Shown piece after piece: positions 25,252 through 34,089 of a stretch of DNA of 60,331 bases. The stretch comes from Candidatus Binatus sp. Lineage in GTDB: Bacteria > Desulfobacterota > Binatia > Binatales > Binataceae. The translations under genes and the position numbers were made by a program. The first letter of the stretch is position 1. Every line of letters begins with the position of its first letter. The notes beneath the pieces are model-generated. The model was not told the origin of the DNA, did not search any database, and saw only the letters and a list, made by a program, of their open reading frames with translations. The stretch spans positions 1-60,331 of the forward strand of contig JBEKLS010000003.1 in assembly GCA_050010075.1 (NCBI GenBank). Reading direction: 5' to 3'.

Positions 25252-26454
25252 TTAGCCCTTGGGCAGACCAAGCACCCGCTCGCCAATGATGTTGTGCTGT
25301 ACTTCGTTGGTGCCGCCCGCAATCGTGAGCGCCCTCGACGACAGCATCCGATATGCCCAGATGCCCTTGTCGAACGCATACGGCGCTTTGAACTCCAACT
25401 GACCGTACGGTCCTAGCATCTCCATCGCGAACTTGCTGATCCGCAGGTTGAGATCGCTGTTACCGAGCTTGAGCACCGAGCCCTCGGGCCCCGGCGGCAG
25501 CCCCTTGAGCCGCCGCGTGATCTGACGATAGCCGCTATATTTGAGCGCAGCCGCCTCGCACGCAAATTCCGCCAGCTTTTGGCGGACGTTGGGTTCGTCC
25601 CAGGCGCGATGGCCGTTGCTCGGTAAAGACTTCGCGAGTTCGACCAGTTCCTTGACCAGGCCCACCGCGTCGAAGAAATCGACAACTCCCGCGCGGTCAA
25701 ACATCAGTGTCATGAGCGCGACCTGCCAGCCCTGGTTCTTTTCGCCGATCAGGTTCTTTTTGGGAACTCTGACGTCTTCGAAGAAGACCTCATTAAAGCT
25801 GGCCTCGCCGGTTATTTGCACCAAAGGTCGCACCGTCACCCCGGGACTGTGCATGTCCAGCAGGATGTAGCTGATGCCTTTGTGCTTAGGGGCGTCGAGG
25901 TCGGTGCGGACGAGCAGGATGCACCAATCTGCGTGATGAGCGTCGGAGGTCCATATCTTCTGTCCGTTGACGACGAAGCTGTCGCCATCTTCGATAGCGC
26001 GCGTTGTTAGCGAAGCGACGTCGGAGCCGGCGTTGGGTTCGGAGTAGCCCTGGCACCAGATTTCTTCGGCCGACAATATCTTCGGGATATACCGCTTCTT
26101 CTGCTCCTCGGTGCCCAGCCGGATTAAAGTCGGGCCGACCAACATGATGCCCAGAACGTTCACCAGCATCGGCGCGTTGACCCTGGCCATTTCCTCGCCG
26201 TAGATCAGCTGCTGCGTGATGCTTGCGTCGCGCCCGCCGTATTCTTTGGGCCAGCTTAAGCCGACCCATCCACCTTCATTAAGCTTCCGATGCCACTTCA
26301 ACCGCCGCTCCCAACCGCCCGGACCCTCGTGCAACACGCCAAGCTTATCGTCAACCGAACCATCGCCATCGCGGACGTCATGCAGGTTGGCCGCGAGCCA
26401 GCTTCTAAGCTCCTGGCGAAAGGCTTCGTCCTCGCCGCTAAAATCAAGATCCAT
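25252..26454 (-). CDS. acyl-CoA dehydrogenase family protein
   Basis: ATG at 26454 (the 26463 codon is TTG). MDLDFSGEDEAFRQELRSW..., CQGYSEPNAGSD, TIAGGTNEVQHNIIGERVLGLP. Confidence 0.9.
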   Translation of the reverse strand: MDLDFSGEDEAFRQELRSWLAANLHDVRDGDGSVDDKLGVLHEGPGGWERRLKWHRKLNEGGWVGLSWPKEYGGRDASITQQLIYGEEMARVNAPMLVNVLGIMLVGPTLIRLGTEEQKKRYIPKILSAEEIWCQGYSEPNAGSDVASLTTRAIEDGDSFVVNGQKIWTSDAHHADWCILLVRTDLDAPKHKGISYILLDMHSPGVTVRPLVQITGEASFNEVFFEDVRVPKKNLIGEKNQGWQVALMTLMFDRAGVVDFFDAVGLVKELVELAKSLPSNGHRAWDEPNVRQKLAEFACEAAALKYSGYRQITRRLKGLPPGPEGSVLKLGNSDLNLRISKFAMEMLGPYGQLEFKAPYAFDKGIWAYRMLSSRALTIAGGTNEVQHNIIGERVLGLPKG

Positions 26455-26528
26455 TGTTCTCAATGCCTCATTGATTCGGGGTCACTGGAAAGGTACCGCG
26501 CGCTACATCTTGCCGTTCACGACAAAAC

Positions 26529-27296
26529 TCACGAGCCGGTGAATTTCGGTTTGCGCTTCTCGACGAAAGCCAGCGCGGCTTCTCGCGTGTCATTGAGAGC
26601 GTCGAGGTGAGCCCTCACATTCATTTCCTTCTTGTAATCCTCACGCGAGTATTGATGGCCGAACTCGTTCATCAGCCTCTTGGTTTCGAGCAGATGCTGA
26701 CGCGGCAGCGAAACGAGATAGTCCACCCATCGCTTGGTCGCCGACTCCAACTCCGCATCGGGCACAACTTCGGTCACCAGACCCCACTGTTTGAGCTCCT
26801 CGTTGGTGAAGCGATCGCCGATCGCAAGGCGGAACGCGACGGCCCTCGGCAAGCCTTCTACCTGCCCCATCCAATACGGGCCCAACATTGCTGTCGGGAG
26901 TTCCGTCAAGGCGAAATGAAATGTATCGCTCACGACGCGGATGTCGCCGTACATCGCCATGTAGCCACCGACGCCGATCGCATGACCGCGGCATGAGGTG
27001 ACCATCAGCTTCTCCACCGGTATGACCCCAAACTGAGTAGTCTCCGGATCAACGTGTGCGGTCACTGGTTGATCCGACTTCGCCTGCGCAGCTATGTCGC
27101 GGCCGGCGCAGAAGGAACGCCCATTCGCATTGAGCACTACAATGTAAGTCTCCGGATCGGCGTTGAACTTGCGGAGCGCTGAATTCAACTGGTGATGGAG
27201 CTCGCCGGTAACCGCGTTCAGTTTCTCCGGCCGGTTCAGCGTGACAGTCACCACCGGACCGTTCTTGTGGTAAAGGACCAATGGTTGCTCGCTCAT
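26529..27296 (-). CDS. enoyl-CoA hydratase/isomerase (crotonase) family protein
   Basis: 255 aa. VTVTLNRPEKLNAV, NGRSFCAGRDI, EAALAFVEKRKPKFTG. Confidence 0.88.
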   Translation of the reverse strand: MSEQPLVLYHKNGPVVTVTLNRPEKLNAVTGELHHQLNSALRKFNADPETYIVVLNANGRSFCAGRDIAAQAKSDQPVTAHVDPETTQFGVIPVEKLMVTSCRGHAIGVGGYMAMYGDIRVVSDTFHFALTELPTAMLGPYWMGQVEGLPRAVAFRLAIGDRFTNEELKQWGLVTEVVPDAELESATKRWVDYLVSLPRQHLLETKRLMNEFGHQYSREDYKKEMNVRAHLDALNDTREAALAFVEKRKPKFTGS

Positions 27297-27383
27297 CTCA
27301 CTCTCCTTACTATCGCCCGACCGTAGTCTTTTGATTTTTGGCCGTCCAGCTAATGGACGATAATCGCCGGGTTCGAGGTGCGC

Positions 27384-28628
27384 TCAGTCAAGCGCTCCTT
27401 TTTTTCGCAACTCTTTGATCTCGCCGGCAGTGTAGCCGAGCATTCCCGTCATGATTTCGTCAGTATGCTGCCCCAGCAGCGGCGCCGGTGTTTTAACTTC
27501 GCAGGGAGTTGCGCTCATCCGCCACGGAATGCCGCAGTGCCGCTTCACACCGACTTCGGGATGGTCGAGCTCAACCCAGTACTTGCGTGCGGCGAGATTC
27601 GGATCGTCGTGTAGATACTTGTTGTCGGCACAGGCACCCGCGGCGACGCCTGCGGCCTGAAGGGCATCGACGACGTCGACTACGCGCCGCTGCGAGGTCC
27701 ATTCCGTGACGATCGCCTCGAGCGCATCCTCGTTTCTTTTGCGTGAAGCGAGCGTCGCAAAGCGCGCGTCATCCGCTAACTCGGGACGGCCGATCGCGCG
27801 CGCGAGCCGGCGCCATTCTTCGTCATCGCCGCATGCGATCGCGACCCACTGATCGATCGTCACGTCTGCGATTTTTTCCGGCAGGTCCAGACATTTGAAA
27901 ATGCCGTGCGGCGACATTTGCGGATCGCGATTTCCAATCCGCCGGGGCTCGCGCCCATTCATCGTGTAATCGAGAATTCCCTCCGCCAGCAGATCCATCG
28001 TGCATTCCCACTGGCTCATATCGATGAACTGACCCTCGCCGGTTTTGGCGCGATGGTGCAGCGCGGCCATCACTGCGAACGCGCCATGAATTCCTGCGTT
28101 GGGGTCGGGGTAGCTGAACCCGGCATGCATCGGAGGCCAGCCCTCGTAGCCGGTCAGTGCCGACAGTCCGGAGTTCGGCACCTGCGTCGGACCCAAAGCC
28201 AGATACTCGCGATAGGGACCTGTGTCGCCGTAACCCAACAGCGAAATCATAATGATATCGGGTTTGACCGCGCGGATGTCCTCGTAGCCGAAGCCCATAT
28301 TGCCCATCACGCTGGCGGCGAAGTTGTTGGCAACGACGTCCGACGACTTGATCAGACGCAAGGCGACTTCCTTGGCCTCGGCATGCTTGAAATTAAGCGA
28401 TAACGACTTCTTGCCTTGATTGTACTGATTGAAGTAGCCCGATCTGTTCAAGCTGCCAGGCTTACCGTCCGGCCATGGCGGCAGCATCCTGGTCACACAC
28501 GGTCGGGTGCTGGTTTCTATCCGAATCACTTCCGCGCCAAGATGGGCCAGCTGCAGTGTGCAGTAGGGACCGGCCCATACCCAGCTAAAGTCCGCGACTC
28601 GAATTCCTGCGAGCGGCAGTTTCGCCAT
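27384..28628 (-). CDS. class III CoA-transferase (CaiB/BaiF family), copy 2
   Basis: 414 aa. LAGIRVADFSWVWAGPYCTLQLAHLGAEVIRIE. The start lies 1 bp after the stop of the upstream paralog. Confidence 0.9.
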   Translation of the reverse strand: MAKLPLAGIRVADFSWVWAGPYCTLQLAHLGAEVIRIETSTRPCVTRMLPPWPDGKPGSLNRSGYFNQYNQGKKSLSLNFKHAEAKEVALRLIKSSDVVANNFAASVMGNMGFGYEDIRAVKPDIIMISLLGYGDTGPYREYLALGPTQVPNSGLSALTGYEGWPPMHAGFSYPDPNAGIHGAFAVMAALHHRAKTGEGQFIDMSQWECTMDLLAEGILDYTMNGREPRRIGNRDPQMSPHGIFKCLDLPEKIADVTIDQWVAIACGDDEEWRRLARAIGRPELADDARFATLASRKRNEDALEAIVTEWTSQRRVVDVVDALQAAGVAAGACADNKYLHDDPNLAARKYWVELDHPEVGVKRHCGIPWRMSATPCEVKTPAPLLGQHTDEIMTGMLGYTAGEIKELRKKGALD

Positions 28629-28629
28629 C

Positions 28630-29838
28630 CTAGATCACGCCCTTACGGGTCAGCTCTTCGAGCCGCGCCGAAGTCATCCCGAGCTTTCCGCCAAAGATCT
28701 CGGCGTTGTGTTGCCCCAGCGTCGGTGCCGGTATCCGAATCTCGCACGGCGTCCGCGAAAACTTGACTGGCGCACCGGGATACTTGTGAGTGCCCGCGAC
28801 CGGCTGAGTAATCTCGACAAAAAAATCGCGCGCCTGCAGATGCTCCGAATTCAGTAGGTCGGCCATCGTCGAGACCGGCGCAAAGGGCACCCGCCTTGCC
28901 TGTGCCTTGCGGTAGAGATCAATCACGCTCTGCTGCCCGACCCATTCCTCGAGGAAGATTTTGAGCGCGTCCCAGTTCTGCGCGCGCTTGGCGCCGTCAG
29001 AGAAAATCTCTTCGTCCGCCCACTCCGGATTGCCCATGATTTCGACGAAGGCCCGCCAGTGATGCTCGAAGATGCAACACAGGTAGATGTAGCCGTCCTT
29101 GCATCGCATCATCTCCGCTGGCTGCACCGGTTTCTGGCCGTGGCGGCTCGCGATCATCTTCGCATACGGCCAGTATTCGAAGGTCATCTCAAGCTGCGAC
29201 GCGATCGATTCCTGCACCGAAACCTCAACGTGCTGACCCGCATCGCCGCTGCCTCGAGCAAGCACGGCTGCGATAGTTGCGGTCGCGGCGTGGACGCCTC
29301 CCTGGTAGCCGGCCTGATGGCCAAAAGTCTTGAGCGGCGGCAACTCCCGATGCTGGGGACCGCCGCCGTTGAGCACGCACACTCCGCCCGCGCACCACAG
29401 CGTAAGATCCTCGGAGCGATAGTCTCGATATGGCCCGCTCAGGCCGTAGGGCGCGATTGACGTCATGATGAGTGCGGAGTTGATGCGGTTCAGCCGGTCG
29501 AAATGCAGCCCGATGCGATCCATCTCCGGCGGCGCCAGGTTATGCACGAGCACGTCGGCGCCCGCCACCAACTCTTCGAAAATCTCGAAGCCCTCCTGAC
29601 TCGCAACGTCCAGGGTGACGCCGCGCTTGTTGGTGTTGAGGTAGAGGAAGAGGCCGCTCTTTTCTGGATGTACTTCGTCGTGGGGAAACGGACCGCGAGT
29701 CCGTGAGCGATCGCCGATACGGGGGCGTTCGATCTTGACCACGTCGGCGCCCAGGTCAGCGAAGAGCTTGGTGCAGTATGGCGCCGATACCATGTCGCCC
29801 AACTCAACGATCTTCAGATCGGACAGCGCTCCTGTCAT
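28630..29838 (-). CDS. class III CoA-transferase (CaiB/BaiF family), copy 1
   Basis: 402 aa. LSDLKIVELGDMVSAPYCTKLFADLGADVVKIERP, the N-terminal signature of the family. Confidence 0.9.
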   Translation of the reverse strand: MTGALSDLKIVELGDMVSAPYCTKLFADLGADVVKIERPRIGDRSRTRGPFPHDEVHPEKSGLFLYLNTNKRGVTLDVASQEGFEIFEELVAGADVLVHNLAPPEMDRIGLHFDRLNRINSALIMTSIAPYGLSGPYRDYRSEDLTLWCAGGVCVLNGGGPQHRELPPLKTFGHQAGYQGGVHAATATIAAVLARGSGDAGQHVEVSVQESIASQLEMTFEYWPYAKMIASRHGQKPVQPAEMMRCKDGYIYLCCIFEHHWRAFVEIMGNPEWADEEIFSDGAKRAQNWDALKIFLEEWVGQQSVIDLYRKAQARRVPFAPVSTMADLLNSEHLQARDFFVEITQPVAGTHKYPGAPVKFSRTPCEIRIPAPTLGQHNAEIFGGKLGMTSARLEELTRKGVI

Positions 29839-29881
29839 CGAAGCACCGCAGCCCCAAATCTTCTGATGGTTTCGAAACGGC

Positions 29882-30853
29882 TCACTTGATCGCTAACGCG
29901 TTGGGAGGCGAGGCAATTCCGCCCTCGAGATTCATCGGCGCCGACGTCAGCATGAATTCGTATCGATTGTCCGCTGCACAATCCGCCGCCAATTCATCGA
30001 GCACGAACTGCTCGCCAATCGGCAGCCCGAGGATCGAGAGAGCGCGGTAATGCAAAGCTCCCTCGTCCTGGTAGTCTATCGGCCACGGCTCGACCGAGGG
30101 ACAATCGGTGCCGACCGCTGCGACGCGATTATCCCAGAACCATTCCATCATGGCGCTGGAGCTCTCGATCCCGCACGCCCTTAGCCCTTCGAGCGTCGCC
30201 ATCGCGGCCTTCTCGTCTGCCGTAGTCTTCACATAGGCCTGCATCCATCCGGTCCTGATCAGAACTATGGAACCTGGCTTGAGCGCGGCGCCTTGCGCTT
30301 TCAGCGCGCCTTGCAAATCAGTCAGCGGATACTTTGCCGGGGACAGAGGATCGATCGGCCGACGCTGATCGTTCACATACTTCCACAGGTCGATCAAAAC
30401 CGCGCGGCCCACCACGCGATTAGCCCATTTGTGAATGCTGAGCTTGCCGTCGGGACCGTCCTGGATGTCTTCCGACTTGATGCCATTGTAGAACGAGCGA
30501 TGGCGCATATGACCGACGTGCGCGAGCCCGTCCCACTGGCTGCCCTCCTGGGTGTTGTAGTTGTCGAGTGAGTCGTCGTGGCCCAGCAGACCGAATTGGT
30601 CGAACTTTGTAATGTTGTGCCGGGCGGGCGCGCGCGCGAACAAGGGCGGCTTCGCGTAGTTGATTCGAGTATCGAGCCGGAAGACTTTGCCCTTCTGCAC
30701 CAGGCGCGCTGCGTCGACTATTCCCTCGGGGCTGAGGAAATTGAGACATCCCAGCTCGTCGTCATCGCCAAACACGCCCCACGAAGATTCCTTTGGCGCG
30801 CCCGCCTTGACCGGCAGCTCGGCGAAGCGCGGAAATTTATCCGGGATTTTCAT
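29882..30853 (-). CDS. cyclase-family protein (kynurenine-formamidase-like fold)
   Basis: 323 aa. GSQWDGLAHVGH and LIRTGW motifs typical of putative-cyclase (metal-dependent amidohydrolase-like) proteins. First gene of the CoA operon. Confidence 0.75.
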   Translation of the reverse strand: MKIPDKFPRFAELPVKAGAPKESSWGVFGDDDELGCLNFLSPEGIVDAARLVQKGKVFRLDTRINYAKPPLFARAPARHNITKFDQFGLLGHDDSLDNYNTQEGSQWDGLAHVGHMRHRSFYNGIKSEDIQDGPDGKLSIHKWANRVVGRAVLIDLWKYVNDQRRPIDPLSPAKYPLTDLQGALKAQGAALKPGSIVLIRTGWMQAYVKTTADEKAAMATLEGLRACGIESSSAMMEWFWDNRVAAVGTDCPSVEPWPIDYQDEGALHYRALSILGLPIGEQFVLDELAADCAADNRYEFMLTSAPMNLEGGIASPPNALAIK

Positions 30854-30937
30854 TTCAAACGCCGACTATACTTCCTTCAACGTCGAGCAGTTTGCAAACG
30901 CAAGGTGCACGTGCGCGGTTTTTGAGTCCGAGGCGCT

Positions 30938-31102
30938 CCGATCGACGTGCGTCCGGAGCGGCCGATGCTGCTACTCGAATGCCAGATCCGTGAGCCAGTC
31001 GCGGAATTGATCGATCCAGCGGTCTGACGGCATTCCTTGCTTCGCCATGCCGAACCCGTAGTTGCCGCGCCGGTAGATGTGCAATTCAGCTGAGCGTCCG
31101 AC
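30938..31102. repeat. ~165-bp direct repeat, copy A (matches 33084..33246)
   Basis: About 12 mismatches and no indels over ~163 aligned nt, counted by eye. Includes ~33 bp downstream of the stop codon. Confidence 0.9.
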
Positions 31103-31105
31103 TCT
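30971..31105 (-). pseudogene. orphan 3' fragment of an alpha/beta hydrolase gene (paralog of 33117..34034)
   Basis: In frame it reads VGRSAELHIYRRGNYGFGMAKQGMPSDRWIDQFRDWLTDLAFE-stop, against GRSAELHIYRRGNHGFGMAKQGMPSDRWIDQFRDWLADLKFA-stop in the intact gene. An in-frame TGA lies immediately upstream. Confidence 0.8.
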
Positions 31106-31252
31106 TCAAAGAGGTTGAAACCAGCGTCCACGCGGGAGAGCATTTCGAGTTCCGACTGGAGAACCATAAGCGCTGGGCAATCCTTCACAAAACAGAGCTC
31201 GCGGCCGGCTGCGCGAGCGAGTTGCGGGGACTTTCGCACCCGCCGCGGTCGG

Positions 31253-31774
31253 CTAATCATTTTGGTGGTGCCGGACCATAGTGAGCATGAGGTCCCACGC
31301 GTTCCGGATGTTGGCGATCGTCAATAGCAAAAGAGCCCCTGCTAGCGCATTCAGCCCAAAATCCTTTTCTAGATAGATCGACAGGGCAGCCGCGAGCAGG
31401 ACGAGGTAGGCGATACTAGGTAACAAGCCGTACGCTAAGTAGTCTTGTATATAATTCGTCATGTCAGTGCGGATGACCTGAATCGTGATGTAGGTCGAGA
31501 TGACTGCACCGACCAGAGCGGTGGCGCCAATTAGCGCGGCGAGGAATTTAGGCTGATGCGATGGAATTAACGCGACTGCCGACAAGAAGAACACGCAAGT
31601 GAAATGTATAACCACCGGGCTCATGAACGTGCGCGTCCCTGATTGATTCTTTTCGGTCAAATAGCCCGCGCCGAGCGAAACGGCAACGAACAGCAGACCG
31701 AGCAAGGTCGCCCCTGCCGTTCCTACCAGAATGTAAAAGTCGTGCCATTCCTTCTGCACTTCGACCTCCCACAT
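31253..31774 (-). CDS. hypothetical integral membrane protein
   Basis: Several hydrophobic helices (LVGTAGATLLGLLFVAVSLGAG, VVIHFTCVFFLSAVALI, ALIGATALVGAVISTYI, LLPSIAYLVLLAAALSIY, LAGALLLLTIANI). ATG at 31774 (the 31789 codon is TTG). No family recognised. Confidence 0.6.
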   Translation of the reverse strand: MWEVEVQKEWHDFYILVGTAGATLLGLLFVAVSLGAGYLTEKNQSGTRTFMSPVVIHFTCVFFLSAVALIPSHQPKFLAALIGATALVGAVISTYITIQVIRTDMTNYIQDYLAYGLLPSIAYLVLLAAALSIYLEKDFGLNALAGALLLLTIANIRNAWDLMLTMVRHHQND

Positions 31775-32064
31775 TAAAAAAGAACGCAACGTTGGGTGGT
31801 TGCGGAGGGCTCATTTCAAGCGCGAATCATGGGGCGAGATAGACTTGGCGGCGCATTGCCGAGATCGCATCCGCTTTGCTCCCGAGCATGGCAGGGCAAA
31901 CCGCCAGGAGGCTGCCGTCGATAACTCTCCAGCGCCGCCGCGCACTCCGCGTCGGAGTTTAAGAGGCGTAATTGATCCCATTTAAATAGCGACACCGAGA
32001 AGTCTATCTGAAAGTGATCTCCGACCGGCCTTCGGTGTTGGCGAGCAGCGGCAGAAAACGCCAC

Positions 32065-32628
32065 CTAAGGCCTCCGGGAGGTAGCGTCCTCATTCTTGAC
32101 GAACGCCCGGGTTCCGCCTTTTTCGATGCTCCCGGCGGGCCTCCACTTCGCAACATCGTTCAACTCAGCGTTGCTGTTCTCATCCGCGAACGTCAGGTTC
32201 GCGCAAACCAGCAGGCCACCGTCACGAAGCTTTTTGCGCAGTAGCTGAAGTATCGGCAGCTCAGGGGAAAATCCGTCAAAGAAGATCAAGTCGTAATTTC
32301 CGGGAAGCTGACCCATCACCGCCATAAAGTCGCCCTGATGAACCCGCACGCGATCGGATAACTCCATGGTAGCGATGTTTTCTCGCGCCAGGCGAGCATG
32401 CTCCGAGTCCCTTTCGATCGTGTCTACGTGCGTGTTGGGTGTCGCCGCAGCAAGACAGCAGGCGGTATAGCCCAACGCGGTCCCCAGTTCGAGCACTCGA
32501 CCTGCGTGATGTGTTGCAGCCAGAGCGGTCAGTCCCGGACCATCCTCGAACGTGTATGCGCCACAGCCGTGATCAGCCCGGTGCTGCCGAGTCATAGACT
32601 GAATTAACTCGAATGGTTTGTCGCCCAT
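32065..32628 (-). CDS. class I SAM-dependent O-methyltransferase (family 3/CCoAOMT-like)
   Basis: 187 aa. RVLELGTALGYTACCLA (motif I), YDLIFFDG, GGLLVCANL. Confidence 0.78.
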   Translation of the reverse strand: MGDKPFELIQSMTRQHRADHGCGAYTFEDGPGLTALAATHHAGRVLELGTALGYTACCLAAATPNTHVDTIERDSEHARLARENIATMELSDRVRVHQGDFMAVMGQLPGNYDLIFFDGFSPELPILQLLRKKLRDGGLLVCANLTFADENSNAELNDVAKWRPAGSIEKGGTRAFVKNEDATSRRP

Positions 32629-32717
32629 GGTCCGCTCTCCAATGTGGGCGTTTGGTTTGCTTGCATCGATGTTTATGAGCCTGTACCGCTCAGGCTCACA
32701 TCATGTGTCCGCTAGGT

Positions 32718-33005
32718 TCATACACCCTGGACGATGAAGGCCCGGTAGTTAGCGCCTTTGAAACGATGCTCGCGCGCCTCGCGGTAGGCGGCGCTGTCGT
32801 ACCATTCTTTCGCTGCCTCAAAGGTCGGAAACTCGAGCACGACCGCTCCTTCGATTTCCGGACCCTCCAGCACCTCGTGCCGCCCATAGGCAACCCGAAG
32901 CGTGACCGGATGTCCTGACAAAGTTGCGGGAGCGACCTTGGAATAGGTTTCGAGCTCCTTGGGATCACGAGTGCTATCGCGAATGAAAATTGCGTAGGCT
33001 GGCAT
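32718..33005 (-). CDS. DUF1330 domain protein
   Basis: 95 aa. MPAYAIFIRDSTRDPKELETYSKVA...VLEFPTFEAAKEWYDSAAYREA is the characteristic DUF1330 pattern. Confidence 0.8.
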   Translation of the reverse strand: MPAYAIFIRDSTRDPKELETYSKVAPATLSGHPVTLRVAYGRHEVLEGPEIEGAVVLEFPTFEAAKEWYDSAAYREAREHRFKGANYRAFIVQGV

Positions 33006-33083
33006 ATTTTTCCTCCCCGGAATCTCATTACGTGAGGCTCATGCGCTATCTGCGGTATGTAGTGGTTTTCTGGGTCCTGTCAA

Positions 33084-33246
33084 CCGATCGACGTGCGTCC
33101 GGAGCGGCTGATGCTGCTACGCGAATTTCAGATCGGCGAGCCAATCGCGGAATTGATCGATCCAGCGGTCTGACGGCATTCCCTGTTTCGCCATGCCGAA
33201 ACCGTGGTTGCCGCGCCGGTAGATGTGCAGTTCAGCTGAGCGTCCG
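33084..33246. repeat. ~165-bp direct repeat, copy B (3' end of the intact hydrolase gene plus downstream sequence)
   Basis: See copy A at 30938..31102. Confidence 0.9.
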
Positions 33247-34034
33247 GCGTCGGTCCAGTCGGAATAGAGACCCTCGACAACGCGATGCAGCAGGACATCG
33301 TTCTGGGCGATGCAGGTGAACAGCGGCGGCGCATCCTTGGGTACAGGCCTTCCCAACGTTTCGCCGCCATAGATCGCCGCGACGAAGGCGAGCGGTGCAG
33401 CGCGTGGATCAACCGCGATATCGACCACGAGAAACGCGCCGGCCGAGAATCCAATCACGCCGAGCTTGGCCGGATCGATGTCCCATTCCCTGGCTCGCTC
33501 GCGCACGATTGCGACCGCGCGGCGCCCGTCGTCGGCTGCGGCTGCACGGGCATCGCTGAACGATTCGGCCGGCACGACGTCACTCATGGCGCGGAAGGCG
33601 GTCTTTCCCTTGCGTGTCGTGTCGATCCGCGCAAACATCTGCGCCATCTCGGCGTCGAAGTCCGCCTGCGCCGCGGGCGTGGCACGCACGCGATATTTCA
33701 ACAGAAACGCCGTATAGCCATGCGCCACGAGCCAGTGCGCGACATCGAGCCCTTCATGCTCCCATGCGAGGATGCGCCAGCCGCCACCCGGGCACACGAT
33801 CACGCCGGTGCCGTTCGGCTTGCCGTTCGTGGGTCTATAAACGGTGAGTGTCGGATCGGACACATTGCGAAGCATCGCCGCGTCGCCCACGGTGCCCACT
33901 GGTCCGTGGAACTCTACCTCAGGACCGACACCATCCAGCGTCGTCGGCGGTCCATCGGGCCAGAGGCGGATGATGTCCTTGGGCAACGATGTCACGGACT
34001 TCAATCCAGTTTCAAAATTTCTCTCGTAGCTCAT
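33117..34034 (-). CDS. alpha/beta hydrolase (esterase/lipase-like)
   Basis: ATG at 34034 (the 34046 codon is TTG). VIVCPGGGW oxyanion region, GVIGFSAGAF nucleophile elbow, C-terminal RRGNHGFG. Confidence 0.85.
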   Translation of the reverse strand: MSYERNFETGLKSVTSLPKDIIRLWPDGPPTTLDGVGPEVEFHGPVGTVGDAAMLRNVSDPTLTVYRPTNGKPNGTGVIVCPGGGWRILAWEHEGLDVAHWLVAHGYTAFLLKYRVRATPAAQADFDAEMAQMFARIDTTRKGKTAFRAMSDVVPAESFSDARAAAADDGRRAVAIVRERAREWDIDPAKLGVIGFSAGAFLVVDIAVDPRAAPLAFVAAIYGGETLGRPVPKDAPPLFTCIAQNDVLLHRVVEGLYSDWTDAGRSAELHIYRRGNHGFGMAKQGMPSDRWIDQFRDWLADLKFA

Positions 34035-34089
34035 TTTCTGTCGCAACCTTCCGATAATGACTCGCCGATAGTGACTCGCCGCTACTCAA

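Noticed and set aside
31816-32064. 82-aa minus-strand ORF (GTG start immediately after the methyltransferase stop)
   Set aside because: No family resemblance and no RBS, and the composition is only partly protein-like. It could be real or a relic, but there is not enough support to annotate it.
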